Below, piece after piece: positions 28,136-41,573 of a stretch of 64,000 nt of DNA. This DNA comes from Eledone cirrhosa (Eukaryota): NCBI GenBank assembly GCA_964016885.1, contig OZ024741.1:268088001-268152000 (forward strand), given 5' to 3'. The position numbers and the translations under genes are program-made. Below the pieces are notes generated by a model, which was not told where the DNA came from, searched no databases, and saw nothing but the letters and a program-made list of their open reading frames with translations. The first letter of the stretch is position 1. Every line of letters begins with the position of its first letter.

Positions 28136-28632
28136 ATCGACTCGCTGCATCATAACTGCTCAAAGTAAATTTGACGTGAAAATACCAAAAAACACCACCT
28201 TCAATCAGATGACATTTGAATCCATCTTCAATTTATTACAAAAAAATAACATAGAACCAATCAAAATATTAATAATATTACTTTAGCAATATATAGTTCT
28301 AATGTGTATATATATATATATAGAAAGAGAGAGAGTGATAGTGTGTGTGTGCATATGTATATATGAAGTGACGAATTGGCAGAGTTGTTACAATGTCAGA
28401 TGGAATGCTGTGCTGTATGTTACTGGTCTCTGCATGCTGAATTCCACTTTGCCTTTCAACCTTTTAAGGTTGATAAAGTACAAGTCCAGTACTGGGATTG
28501 ATTCCCCCCTCCTCTCTCTCTCTCTCTCTTCTTCTTCTTCTTCTCTTTCTCTGGAAGTAATCAGCTGTGCTCAGACCTGGTGTTAAAGTATATCATGACA
28601 GCACCCTGATAATTCCATCTGGAGTTCTGTAC

Positions 28633-28667
<35 letters not shown>

Positions 28668-31600
28668 TGTGTGTCTTATATCACCACATTACGGTGGATT
28701 GGCAGTATCGGTAGAGAGTCAGACGCCATGCTTTGCAGCAAAGAGTTACAGCCCTTTATGGTCTGAGTTCAAATCTCGCCGAGGTTAACTTTGCCTTACA
28801 TCCTTACGAGGTTGATAAAATAAAGTACCAGCAATGCACTGGGATAATTTCTGGCCTTGTGCCAAAAGTAGAAACAATTATCATAGAGCAGGATTTTCAT
28901 GTTGTAAAGGGAGGCAACCTGTATTGTAAAATTAGCCTGTGAGAATTAAGTCACATTTGATTAGTTTACAAAACAAATATATACAAATGTGTGTGCTAGT
29001 GAGTCCCAAGTTCAATCAGGGGTAACCACAGTTAGCAAGGTACTCAATACAGTAATAGAGTGTAAATATCATGTTTAATATAGAAATGCCTTCTACAGGA
29101 CTAGAAATGTTTCATTCAAAAGAAATCATCAGGAAAGCTCATGATTTCTTTTGAATGAAACAGTTCTAGTCCTGTTGGAGCCATTTATATATTAAACATG
29201 ATATATATATATAGCCATAATATCCATTCTTCTAAGTATTTTAGACATTGCAGGTTTTAGAACTTTGCCCAAAATCAAAATCAAAACATAAAATAGATAA
29301 TCTCTTATTAAAAATTGAACAAAGACTATTATGAAAAAATATTTTTTATTTCTTGAATCATCACATATAAACAACTAGTTATACTCTTTTATTTCTATAC
29401 TGATTTCAGTCATTTGACTGTGGCTAAACTGGGAATACTGTATCGTTAACTCTTTTGGTACCAAACTGCCTGAAACAGCCCTAGTTTTGAAATACTAAGC
29501 TGTTTATATTTATCTAAAAACCTTCAGTCATAATTTTATGTAAATTTTGCTTCAAACATCAGATTAATAATGAGAAAGTTATTCTTCCATAAACTTATTT
29601 TCTATTTAAATAGGAATACTTTTAAAAAGGTGACATGATAGGTGGGTTAATGGAAGAGTCTGTAATGAAGTGTTAAAATGTTTCAGTGTGCTTCTGCGAC
29701 TTGGTCACCTGCACGGCTCTATTGCAATAGGATTTTGTCATTGATTAAGTCACAGTGTTAATAGAGTTTTGGTAATAAGAATAATGGCATCTTCTCTGTA
29801 TGTATTATATACATTGTGTTCGCTTTTTACGAGAACATTCATTTGTGAACATAGCATGATAAGCAAATTTGCGTAATTCAAATCATGTTATTTCTGATAA
29901 ATAAAAAAAACTTAATAACATGTTATAGCGCATTATTCGCGCAAAGTGAATTCCCGTACTTCAAGTTCATGTAAAAAGCAAACAGATTGTATATCTATTG
30001 ATATGAATAGCTCCTGTAAATCGTGCCACCCAAGTTATAATGATGTCCTGGTGTTATGGATACCTCATATAACTCTTGCTAAGATATAATGGTTTTTGAT
30101 TTAGGCACAAGGCCAACAATTTGGGTGGAGGGGAACGTTGATTAAATTGACCCCAGTGTGTGACTGGTGCTTTATTTTATCAACTCCATAAGGTTGAAAT
30201 GCAAAGCTGACCTCAGCAGGATTTGAACTCAGAACGTAAAGGGCCTTTTTTATGGGCACCTCCTATAACTCTTGCTAACCAAGATAGGTGCTGAACCACA
30301 GCCTCAGGACCTATTCACATCCTCTACAACTTTCTAGAGATTAGTTCCAAATGACATGCACTATTTGTAAGTACCACCGTCCACAAAACAAATTTAATGG
30401 ACACTTAAATATCAACGTGTATCAAGGTGGTCTTATTGATATGAAGAAGTATAAAAACATAGAGCAATCATCCATCTCATATTGTAAAGGCATTGTTTGA
30501 CTTGACAGATGCTTAAGACCCACAAACATATGTATAGCAATGCATTAATGAATGTCAAATGTGATTTTAACTTCTTAATTGGATTAGTACTGCTGAAAAT
30601 AATACTGTCAAACAAAAATAACCTCCATAAACTCCTTCGGCGAAAGATGTTAACAGCTACAGAAACCAAGAAAACTCATGCTAGCTGCAGAAATTTTTTT
30701 TTTTAAATTGAAAGCATTTCGAAAAAACACAGATTTCAGTTTGGAGAAAGTCATTGTAGAAATGGAATTACAATGTAATGGCCCTCAGTCCTGATGCGTC
30801 AGATAAGTATTATCAATTTGATTTGAGCATTGAGAGAGTAAGGAGAGGAAAAACGGATTAGAAAAGTGACAACAATATATGAGAAAGTGCATATTGTTGT
30901 AAAGATGTCAGGTTTGAAGCTATAGAAGTTGGAGAACATTAGTATTAAGCTCACTACTATTTGTAGTTGTGATGGAGGTACTAACCTGACGTGTAAAGAA
31001 GGGTTTACTACGGGAGTTGCTGTATACAAATGACCTGGTGTTAATAGCAGTGTGGGTGAAACTGAAGGAGAAGATGGGTAGATGGAAGGAATGTATGGAG
31101 GTAAAATGTTTGGAGGTGAATATCAGAAAGAGAAAAGTGTGGCAAGTGGTAAGTCATGTGGTGAGGTAGAAAGCCATTGTGGAAATGAAATTACAATGTA
31201 ATGGTCCCTCAATCCTGATGTGTCAGAGAAGCACTATCAACTTGTTGCAACACATCATTGTGTTGATATGGATCTCTTCAAAGACAGAAAAGACAATCTA
31301 CATAACATTTGTCACACACAATACACATCACCCAGGTTCACAGTCAACTGCAGCTGATGGTGTTCAAACTGTTTACAAAAATAATACTCATGACATACTG
31401 CCAATCAGCTACAGATTCACTGGTATCTAGGCAACAATCCCTGCCTACATCATGTTCCTCTAGTGGCCCTTAGACAAATTAAGATATACGAGTAGGAAAT
31501 ACAATGAGTCAAACACACCTAAACAGTGTGGTAATACAAAATAGGGAGTAAAAAGTATACCAACATTGTCTATTGTTTAAAATATTGACCAAATAATTGA

Positions 31601-31767
31601 TATTTTTACTAAGAATGGCAGAAAACAATATTTTAAAAAGTTACCTGTTGTGCTATTTGTTGTAACTCTGTGTCAGCAAATGCTAAAAATATCCTTTATT
31701 ATAATATAGTCTTATCTGTGTAAAATTCTCACATTTAACAAAGAGCTCCATATATATACACACACAA

Positions 31768-31818
<51 letters not shown>

Positions 31819-32659
31819 CTTATATATGTGTGTATGCGATGATGATGATGGTATAGTGTATAGAGGGCTTTAAATATATATTTATACATCAGCTGACAAA
31901 GCTCATTTGCATACAGCGCAAAAGCTGGTGGGTTCTATGTCAGAATATAACTTCTTTTCATATACATATATTTACACATGTATATTTATATATATATATA
32001 TATAATGAAGGTGTGGTGAGGCACCAAAGTACTCAATACTTAGGAGTAGTAGAGTGGGTAATAAGAAAATGTTTGTCCCCGATGACCGAGCTCAGGTCGT
32101 TTCGGGATCAACATTTTCCTATATATATATATATAAGTAAAAAATTAGCGAGAATCGAATTTCAGCTCAGGAATTAACGAAAAACACTTCCGAGTTGTGT
32201 GGCAAGCGCTCGATGATTCATATGAATCAGAGTTACAACTTACATTAAAGGCCAAACACACTGAGATGGTGGTTAAACTAATCATCCACACAGCGAAAAA
32301 ACAACCGTCTAATTCGGGTCAAACAGATATAAAATATAAAAAATATAAAAATATATATGGTTGAAAATTTACCCGGACCCCTGGAGAGATGGCAAAAATC
32401 CAGTATTTGGGTTTCTGCGGCTCCATAAGTCATTTACTTTGCCTTTCATCCTTACGGGGTCGATAAAATAAAGTACCAGTAATGTACTGGAATAATTGCT
32501 GGCCTTGTGCCTAAAGTAGAAACAATTATTTAGTCAAAATATAACAGTGAAGCTTCTATTTCAGTTCCAAACTTCACTCACTGCATTCCAAACATAACAT
32601 ACTTCTCATATATATATATATTCCTGCCATATACTGTACTGTTTGTGTTATTATTTCTG

Positions 32660-32688
32660 TTTACCTTTTCCATACACACACAAACATA

Positions 32689-32739
<51 letters not shown>

Positions 32740-33045
32740 CCATATATATATATATATATATACATACACACATGCACATATATATATATATGCATATATA
32801 CATACACACATGATATATATACACATATATACATATACATATATATATACACACACACATATATATATACACATATATACACATATATACATTACACACA
32901 CATACATATATATATACATACACACACATATACATATATATATATATATATACACACACATATATATATATATACACATATATACATACACATTTTTGTG
33001 TCTGTATGTATGTATATATATATACATATGTGTGTGTGTGCGTCG
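32660..33045. repeat. TA/CA compound microsatellite
   Basis: Directly visible. Confidence 0.95.
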
Positions 33046-33377
33046 TGTGTATTCCAGTTTCTTGTACTGTTTTTGTTTCATATTTCAACTTCACTTAACA
33101 CCAAGATACCACAAATGACAACTAAAGGTTTCTGTATTTGAATTTCTTCTTTTTTCTTCCTCTTTATATCTTGCCATTCTCTTACCTTTAACCTGTTCTT
33201 CTTTATGGTTGAATTTCTTTTGATAAGTTTTGACCTTTTTGTAATTCTCTAAAGCTTCACTATGTTCAGAGAACACTTGTTTGGTATATTTTATAACTAC
33301 AACACAACAACAACGGAAGTTGGGGGGGGGGGGGGGGTTCTTTGAGGCAAATAAAAGAAATCATTATTATTATTACG

Positions 33378-35285
33378 ATCTGAGTTCAAATCCCGCCGAG
33401 GGTTGACTTTGCCTTTCATCCTTACGGGGTCGATAAAATAAAGTACCAGTAATGCACTGGGTAATTGCTGGCCTTGTGCCTAAAGTAGAAACAATTATTA
33501 TTATTATGATTGGTGGATAGGGCGGTGGATTGGCAGTATCGGTAGAGGGTCGGACGCCAGCATAGTTACGTCCCTTTACGGACTGAGTTCAAATCCTGCC
33601 GAGGTTGACTTTGCCTTTCATCCTTACGGGGTCGATAAAATAAAGTACCAGTAATACACTGGGATAATCGCTGGCCTTGTGCCTAAAAGTAGAAACAATT
33701 ATTATTATGATTGGTAGTATCGGTAGAGGGTCGGACGCCATGTTTTGCAGCATAGAGTTACGATCTAAGTTCAAATCCCACCGCGGTTAGCTTTGCCTTT
33801 CATCCTTATGGGGTCGATTTAATTGACTTCCCCGCCCCCAAAATTGCTGGCCTTGTGCCTATAGGAAATGATTGTTGTTATTATTTGGCAGTATCGGTAG
33901 GGGGTCGGAGGCCATGCTTTGCAGCATAGAGTTACACCCCTTAACTTTGCCTTTTATCCTCACAGAATCGATAAAATAACGCACCAGTAATGCACTAGAA
34001 TAATTGCTAGCCTTGTGGGTCAAGCGAAGACCATGAAGGAGCACTTAGAGACTGGAATGTCTTCAGGCCCTCACAGCCCTCGACCTTGGCGTTCTATAGA
34101 GGGTTAGTGGAGGGAAAGTGTGATGACATCCTTGGGGAGACTCTGGGGGTCAACGAGAATCAATTAGGCAATTTCTTCGGGAGAACGTTCGGGCCAGTGC
34201 CCATGGACAACTTCCAGAAATCCATGGCCTGGCAATGCTACTGAGGAGCTTTGCCAATTCGGGATAAATTCTACAGGTATGGAAGTGCTGTCAGCTGGGC
34301 GTGTCTGAGATGCGCGCAGGGTGACAAAACCGTCCTGCATGCACTCGTTCAGTGTCCAAGCATCGCTGACTTGTGGGTTTATGTCAAACATCTGCTGTCA
34401 TGTGTAGGACGTATCTGGCTATCAGCTGAGTCCATTGTGAAGATTGCCTCGACGTCCTCCTTTAACCAGGAGGGCAGGAAGTTTTTATCTGCCTGATGGC
34501 CATGGTAAAAGAGATTGTATTGTGGGCGCGTCTGAAAGGGTTGAAGACGGGCACTTTCCTCTTCGGTGATGCCCTCATTAATATTTTCAGGTTTCACCTG
34601 AAAAGGAAAATCAGGGTGGAGAGGGAAGTGCTACCTTCAAACCAGTTTGTTGAAAGGTGGGTGAGAGAGGCAAGAATGGCCCATGTAAATGGGCCTGCCC
34701 TAAGCATGTGCCTGTAGTATCGTGGGAGGAAAACTGGAAGAGGGCGCTTGCCCTAGCGGTCAGGGTGATCATGGCTTTTGGGGGCGGGGGCTTTCTCCAT
34801 GAGTGATCCTCGGAAGTCTCCCCACTATTGGGGAATTTTTCCTTGTTTCTTTTTTTGTTCCTTTGTTTTTGTTTTTTACACGCAGAAATGCCCATTTGTA
34901 CCATCCTGTACTGTCCTTAATGTTATACTTTATGTCAACCCTTGTGGTTAATAAAGAAAGCATTATTAGTTCAAATCCCGCCGAGGTTTACTTTGCCTTT
35001 CATCCTTACGGGGTCGATAAAATAAAGTACCAGTAATGCACTGGGATAATTGTCGGCCTTGTGCCAAAAGTAGAAATAATTATTATTATAGCGTCAGAAA
35101 CCATGCTTTGCAGCATAGAGTTATATCCCTTTACGTTCTGAGTTCAAATCCGCCGAGGTTAACTTTGCCTTTCATCCTTAGGGGGTCAATAAAATAAAGT
35201 ACCAGTAATACACTGGAGTCGATTTAATCGACCCAAAATTGCTGGCCTTGTACTTATACTAGAATTCATTATTATTATTATTATT
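33378..35285 (+). mobile_element. Head-to-tail cluster of tRNA-derived SINE family A (Nin-domain-like core) surrounding an L1/Tx1 insertion
   Basis: Repeated A box tggcagtatcgg, B box gagttcaaatcc, core ctttgcctttcatccttacggggtcgataaaataaagtaccag and tail ggccttgtgcc.aaagtagaaacaattatt. About six copies or partial copies. Confidence 0.85.
34018..34967 (+). mobile_element. 5'-truncated L1/Tx1-group LINE (C-terminal CCHC zinc-binding region plus 3' UTR)
   Basis: LPIRDKF...CLRCAQGDKTVLHALVQCPSIADLW is a zf-RVT-like CxxC..H....C motif. GC-richer than the flanks. T-rich 3' UTR with AATAAA and a cattatt end. Confidence 0.8.
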
Positions 35286-35405
35286 ATGTTTGCATTGTTA
35301 ACAATTTTTATGTGTCATACACTTTATATACTCTGACATATTATTGACTTAGATATATTAACAGGTCTTTTATTTTCTTCTTTTCTTTTTCTTGTTTTCT
35401 CACAG

Positions 35406-35482
35406 GTTTAGAAACAACTGTAGTCAGTGACTGGGAACCGCAGGAAACCTGCTTTTATTGTGATTCCAAAATAACTTACCCT
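35406..35482 (+). CDS. Eip93F: Internal coding exon of the E93-like gene (DW.P...CxxC motif)
   Basis: Long pyrimidine tract plus cacag| acceptor and CCT|gtaaat donor. Reads (R)LETTVVSDWEPQETCFYCDSKITYP, resembling the DWxxxxxCxxC motif in the N-terminus of insect E93 and vertebrate LCORL. Confidence 0.85.
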
Positions 35483-37559
35483 GTAAATAACTTTTTTTTT
35501 CCCTTCATGTTATGTTGCTTTTTGCCATTTTCTGAACATTTTTTTTTTTTTTTTTAACCTTTTTAAATTCTAACGTTATTTTTATTTATTTTAATTGTTT
35601 TATCTGCACACATTTTTTTCAAAGGAGAAAAAATGTGCATAGTAAGAATAATGTGATATTTAAAACCAGCTTTCATAAATCAGTAGATACAATTGTCTGT
35701 ATTATAAATATGTTTATGTACAAATACATATAAATATACATACACATACATGCATATATATATATATATACACACACACAAACACACATGAATATATATA
35801 CACACACATATATATATATACATACATAGAAACCTATGCAAATGTACACATATACATGCTCATATATATATATATACACACACACAAAAAAATTCTCATA
35901 TGTATGTACATAGAAATCTATGCTTTTGTTCAAGTATATACATGTGTGTGTGTATATGTATTGTCAAATTTTTTTTTTAAGACCAAGCTCTGAAAATCAA
36001 TTAAAAAACCCAGTGTTCTGAAAATGTGTGTGTCTGTGTTGATAATTGAATACCTACTACATTTTATATATAATAGGAATAGAAATATTTATTTGATAAA
36101 ACCATTTCTCATCTCATTGCTTGACTTAAACTAAATTGGAAGCGACCAACAAAACTATATTATATTATTATTTTTAAAAATAATAATTAGCATTACCTTA
36201 ATCCATTTGTTTTAATGTCAATAATTCTGGAGTTTCTAAAATCTATCAATCCAGCTAGCCGGCTAGCTAGTTCTGATTTGTTGTGAGATGTTTGTCATTG
36301 TATTATACATATATTATACGCATTTAAGGATGATGATCTAACATGATCTTAACTCTAGTGATTAAAAAAGAACCAAGCAACTAAAGAGTATAATATTGAC
36401 TTTAAATTCTACAATAGTATAGAAACAGAAAACCTACATAAATTTAAAGCTATATGACTAACATGATGCTCCAGTGTGGCCTTAGCCATGATGGTTAAAG
36501 CAAACTGAAGATCTAAAACAGATATATGATGGCTGGAAAAGTTCTTATTTATGTAAGTATGCATGCAATATGTTAGGGGGGGGGGGGGTTATCATTTTAT
36601 TTAATCCATGTTTGTAGATTTTTTTGTTTTTGTATCACTATAATTTGGTATATATGCACACACACACACCATCACACACACACACACACCATCATCATTA
36701 TTTAATATCTATTTTCCATGCTTGCATGAGTTAGACAAGTTGTCAAATACTGAAGATAGACAGATCAGGTGACCACATCTTGCTTGTATGATCAGTTTGT
36801 TGCTTGGTTTCAACGGTTGAATACCCTTCCTAACACCAACCATTTTACCACATGTATTAGCATTTTATTGTGCCTCCTGTACTACCTATTTACAGGGTGG
36901 ACTAGGTACTCTTGCCATGGCATCATCACTACCACCTTCCAGAGGAGATTAAATGCCTTTTATTGTGAAATCGCATCAGCACTACCTCCTTACAGTGGGG
37001 ATGAGGGGGGGGGGCTTTTTCATGGCACCAGCACTACCACCTTATATATATATATATTGTTGAACAATTAAAACAAATAATTAATTAGTTAAATAGTTAA
37101 TTAATCCATTAATTAATTAAATAGTTAATTAATCCATTGCTTTACAATAATTTCAGAAGGCAAAATGAAATACCAATGACTAAGCGATAGCAGTTATGCA
37201 ACTTTATATTGTTAGACTTGACAAAATATATCCATTCTGCTATCTATCCCAAAAAACAATGGTTTTGGTATTTTATTATATACATAGATAGTCAGGTTGT
37301 TGAGTAACAATTACTACAGGTGATAAAACTTTTAACACTCAATGCATTTACATGAGTTGTATAGTCGGTATATAAATGTGAAGATTATTACCATCATTCA
37401 TTTCTGTGACACGAGAAGTAAGTTGAATAAACACATAAAAATCCATGACATAAATTAAAAATAAATATACAGGAAACAGCTTTAGACTCATTCTCTCTTA
37501 TATACATATACTGTATATACACCAGGTCCGAACACAAAAGGACCAAACTCACACTGTCA

Positions 37560-37820
37560 CTGCCTGTCTCTCCCACTCTCCCCATCTCTCACTATTGTTA
37601 GCAAATGGGTGTCCACGCACTGACTGCCCAGCGAACAGAACAGAGGAGGTGTTTCCCCAGCGGGGAAGACGCACTGGAAGAACCATTCCACGTTGCAAAT
37701 CTCACACCTGTGGGTAGCCAACTTGGTGCTGATAGTGGTAAGCAGGGAGGTGGCCCTAGGGCCAAGGACACTAGAAGTCTCCACTGCCATGGGCTCCACT
37801 GCAAACTTTAGTGACACCAA
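37560..37820 (-). mobile_element. CRE-clade-like non-LTR retrotransposon C-terminal fragment (restriction-like endonuclease end)
   Basis: FAVEPMAVETSSVLGPRATSLLTTISTKLA...EWFFQ resembles the P.AVET.G..G..A..LL..I...WL.QR C-terminus of CRE-type elements. Confidence 0.55.
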
Positions 37821-38780
37821 TTGCAGAGTGAGAGATCAATTTCAAGAATGAGAGATTGAAGTTTCAATTCATCGTATTTTATTCGTAATCACGCATATAA
37901 TACGTTTCATAAATGAACAACTCTAAGAGATATACATATTGTAACTGTAAAGAGCATCTGATGAGCAAATTGAACCAAAGTTGAGCTGCATGTTACAGAA
38001 CTATTACATAACTGCCACTCTGTTAGCATTAGGAAAGGCTTCCAGCTGTAGAACCAGGACAAAATTGAATCATATGAACAAGACATGGTTGTCTCCCCTG
38101 TCTGGCATCATAATGTGTCAGCCCGACTAACCCATGTGCATGCAAGCTTGGAAAATAGTGGTTGAATGTTGATGATGATATATAAGTACCAAGTCCACAC
38201 TGTAAAGTGGTCATTTCAGTGTCACAATAAAAAGCACCCAGTTCGCATTGTAAATGAGGTTGGTGTTAGGAAGGGCATCCAGCCGTTGAAACCAAGTCAA
38301 AATACAGATCCGTATGAACAAGACATGATCTCTGGACCTGACTTATCTCATAACATGCAAGTGTGGAAACTGGACATTAAATGATTATGATGACTGTAAA
38401 GTGGTTGTGTAGGAATCACGACAAAAAGCACCCAGCACACACTGAAAATGTGGTTGCTGTTAGAAAGGGCATCCAGCCAAAGAAATCTAGCCAGAAAGAG
38501 ACCTGTATGAACAAGACACGGTCACCTGATCCAACTTGCCTCTAATGGGACAACCCGTCTAACCCATGCTAGCGTAAAAAATGGATGTTAAACAATACAT
38601 ATATATGTGTGTGTGTGTGTGTGTAGCTATGTGTACACATACACACTCATATTATGTGATGTACACTTACATGTGTGTGGGGCAACTGTTAGTTCTAACA
38701 ATGATTGTTTTATTCCAGTTGTTTGAACAACAGAACAACCTGCTCATGAAATTAACTTGCAAGTGGCTGTGCCCCCTTAA

Positions 38781-38987
38781 CCCTTTAGTGTTCAAACTGG
38801 CCAAAACCGGCCAGAATTCTCTACCTCTCTCTGTTGAAACTGGCTGTAACTGGTCGCTCAAACTGATGTTAAGGTATTGTTCTCAAAATAAATACTTTCA
38901 AAATCTCATAGATTCGATAGTATGTGAGGTAAAGCCTTTACCATGAAAATGTAATAGTATATATAAAATAATGTGAATGCTAAAGGG
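38781..38987. mobile_element. piggyBac-like MITE with TTAA target-site duplication
   Basis: TTAA|CCCTTTAGTGTTC ... GAATGCTAAAGGG|TTAA, nested in an older SINE. Confidence 0.85.
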
Positions 38988-39239
38988 TTAACGCAGTTCT
39001 CAGGGAGATTCAAGGACATAGTTGTGACAAGAGTGGACCTTTGAAATACAAATAAAATTCACTTGTTTATTTTTTTGTTTTTTTTGTTTTTTCCAGCTGA
39101 GTGAACTGGAACAACCTAAAATAGAGCGTCTTGGTCAAGAACACAACTAATGACCCTATCATCTTGAGCCGAGTAACTTACACACTAAGCAACGCACCTT
39201 CTCTCACATACACACATAAAAAAAAATTTTTTCCTTGCA

Positions 39240-39757
39240 CATGCTTGTGTGTATATCCGTGTATACATGTAAGTGTGTATAAATGTATGTGTCTATATGT
39301 GTGTACATGCATGTAAGTGTGTATATATGTATGTGTCTATATGTGTGTACATGCATGTGTGTGTGTGTATATATATGTGTAGAAGCATATAATGTGTGTA
39401 CATGCATGAGTGAGTGTATATATATATGTATGTGTACATGCATGTATGTGTGTACATGTATATGTGTACATGTATGTGTGTATATGTATGTATGCGTGTA
39501 CATTTATGTATGTGTACATGTATGTGTGCGTGTGTGTACATGTGTGTACATGCATGTAAGTATGTATATATGTGTACATGTATGTGTCTGTATATGTGCG
39601 TACATGCATGTGTGTGTGTATATATATGTGTAGAAGCATATAATGTGTGTGCATGCATGTGTATGGGTGTATATATATGTGTATGTATATATATATATAT
39701 ATATATGATGTTGATGATGTGTATACATGCATGTGTGTGTATATGCATGCATGTGTG

Positions 39758-39798
<41 letters not shown>

Positions 39799-41515
39799 AC
39801 ATGCATGTGTGTATATGTATGTACATGCATGTATCTGTGTATATATGTGAACATGCATGTGTGTGTATATATGTGTACATGTATATGTGTGTGTAGATAT
39901 GTGTACATGCATGTGTGTGTATGTGTACATGCATGTGTGTGTATGTGTGTGTGTATGTGTGCGTGTGTATGTGTACAGGCATGACATCATCATCATCATT
40001 TTATGTCCGCTTTTCCCTGTTTGCAAGGGTGGGGCGGGTCTTATTAAGCACGGCATCTCCCCATTCGTCACAATCCTTCGTCATCTCCTCTGTGAGTTTC
40101 AGCGATCTGAGGTCTGCTCTCACCACCTCCGCCCATGTTTTTCGTGGTCTCCCTTCCACTGGGATTTCTTGGCACTTCTTTACCCAGTGGTCATCCTCCA
40201 TGCGCATCACATGTCCATACCAACGCAGTCTTCTCTCCCGTACACTACAGCCTATCTTAGACACAGTTTCTCTCTCAACTCATCTATGCTTTGTTGTTAA
40301 CGCACATTGACATTGCACATCCAACGGAGCATGTGCGTGTGTATATGTGTACATGCATGTATGTGTGCGTGTGTGTATATGTATGTACATGTATGTGTAT
40401 GTGTGTATATATATATATGCTGGTGTGTGTGTGTATAAACGTGTGTGTGTGTGGGTGTATGTGTGTGTGTACATGCATGTATGTGTGCGTGTGTGTATAT
40501 GTATGTACATGTATGTGTATGTGTGTATATATATATGCTGGTGTGTGTGTATAAACGTGTGTGTGTGTGTGTGGGTGTATGTGTGCGTGTGTGTATATGT
40601 ATGTACATGTATGTGTATGTGTGTATATATATATGCTGGTGTGTGTGTGTGTGTGTGTGGGTGTATGTGTGTGTGTACATGCATGAGTGTGTTGTTGATG
40701 ATGATGATGCTGTCTTTACCATCTCACAGCAATCTCTACAATAATTAAGATGTTCCTTGATTCTTGATGTCACTTATTTCAAACACAACCAAGTCCATTG
40801 TCACTGACCCAGTTAAAGACACTTAATTCTCTAAAGACCTGGTTACTTCAATCACATATACACACTGACACACACACACACACACACATTCATACACTCA
40901 CAAACACACATACACTCATGAACATACACAGACACATACACACACACACACACATTCATACACTCACAAACACACATACACTCATGGACATACACAGACA
41001 CTCACACATACACACACGCACTCATAAACACACACACACACACACACACACACTCAGACACATACACACACGCACTCATAAACACACACACACACACACA
41101 CACACACTCAGACACATACACACACACACATACATTCATAGACACACACACACACACTCAAACACATACACTGACACTCAGACATACACACATTTTCTCT
41201 CTATCTTTCTCTCTCGTTCTGTGCCCCTCTCTCTCTCTACTGTTCTCTCTTTCTTCTCTCTCAAGTTCTCTTTCTCTCCTTCCCACTCTCATAACCTCTC
41301 TCTCTCTCCTTCCTCTCTCTCCTTCCCTCTCTCATAACCTCTCTCTCTCTCCTTCCTCTCTCTCACCTTCCTCTCTCCTTCCCTCTCTCCTCTCTCTCTC
41401 CTTCCTCTCTCTCTACTCTCTCTCTCCTTCCCTCTCTCCTCTCTCTCTCCTCTCTCTCTCTCCTTCCCTCTCTACTCTCTCTCTCCTTCCCTCTCTACTC
41501 TCTCTCTCTCTCTAT
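39240..41515. repeat. Compound microsatellite block: TG/TA-rich (39240-40690), CA-rich (40850-41190), CT-rich (41190-41515)
   Basis: Directly visible dinucleotide-derived repeats; they generate the many spurious CVYI/HTHT ORFs. Confidence 0.95.
39983..40332 (-). mobile_element. RTE LINE 3' fragment, same family as 23209-23850; other copies at ~12397-12512, ~45650-45895, ~63150-63670
   Basis: RRLRWYGHVMRMEDDHWVKKCQEIPVEGRPRKTWAEVVR with the same (GAT)n tail. Confidence 0.88.
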
Positions 41516-41573
41516 CATACACTACTGCTGTAATATAAACTAAATAAATATCTTTCTACGTTGACCTTTGCAG

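Noticed and set aside
37955-37990. CTGATGAG possible hammerhead
   Set aside because: No stem II and no GAAA box follow.
39204-41337. Many 100-240-aa ORFs rich in H/T/Y/I/C/V (also at 32578-33141 and 52431-53020)
   Set aside because: They are translations of TG/CA/TA microsatellites, not genes.
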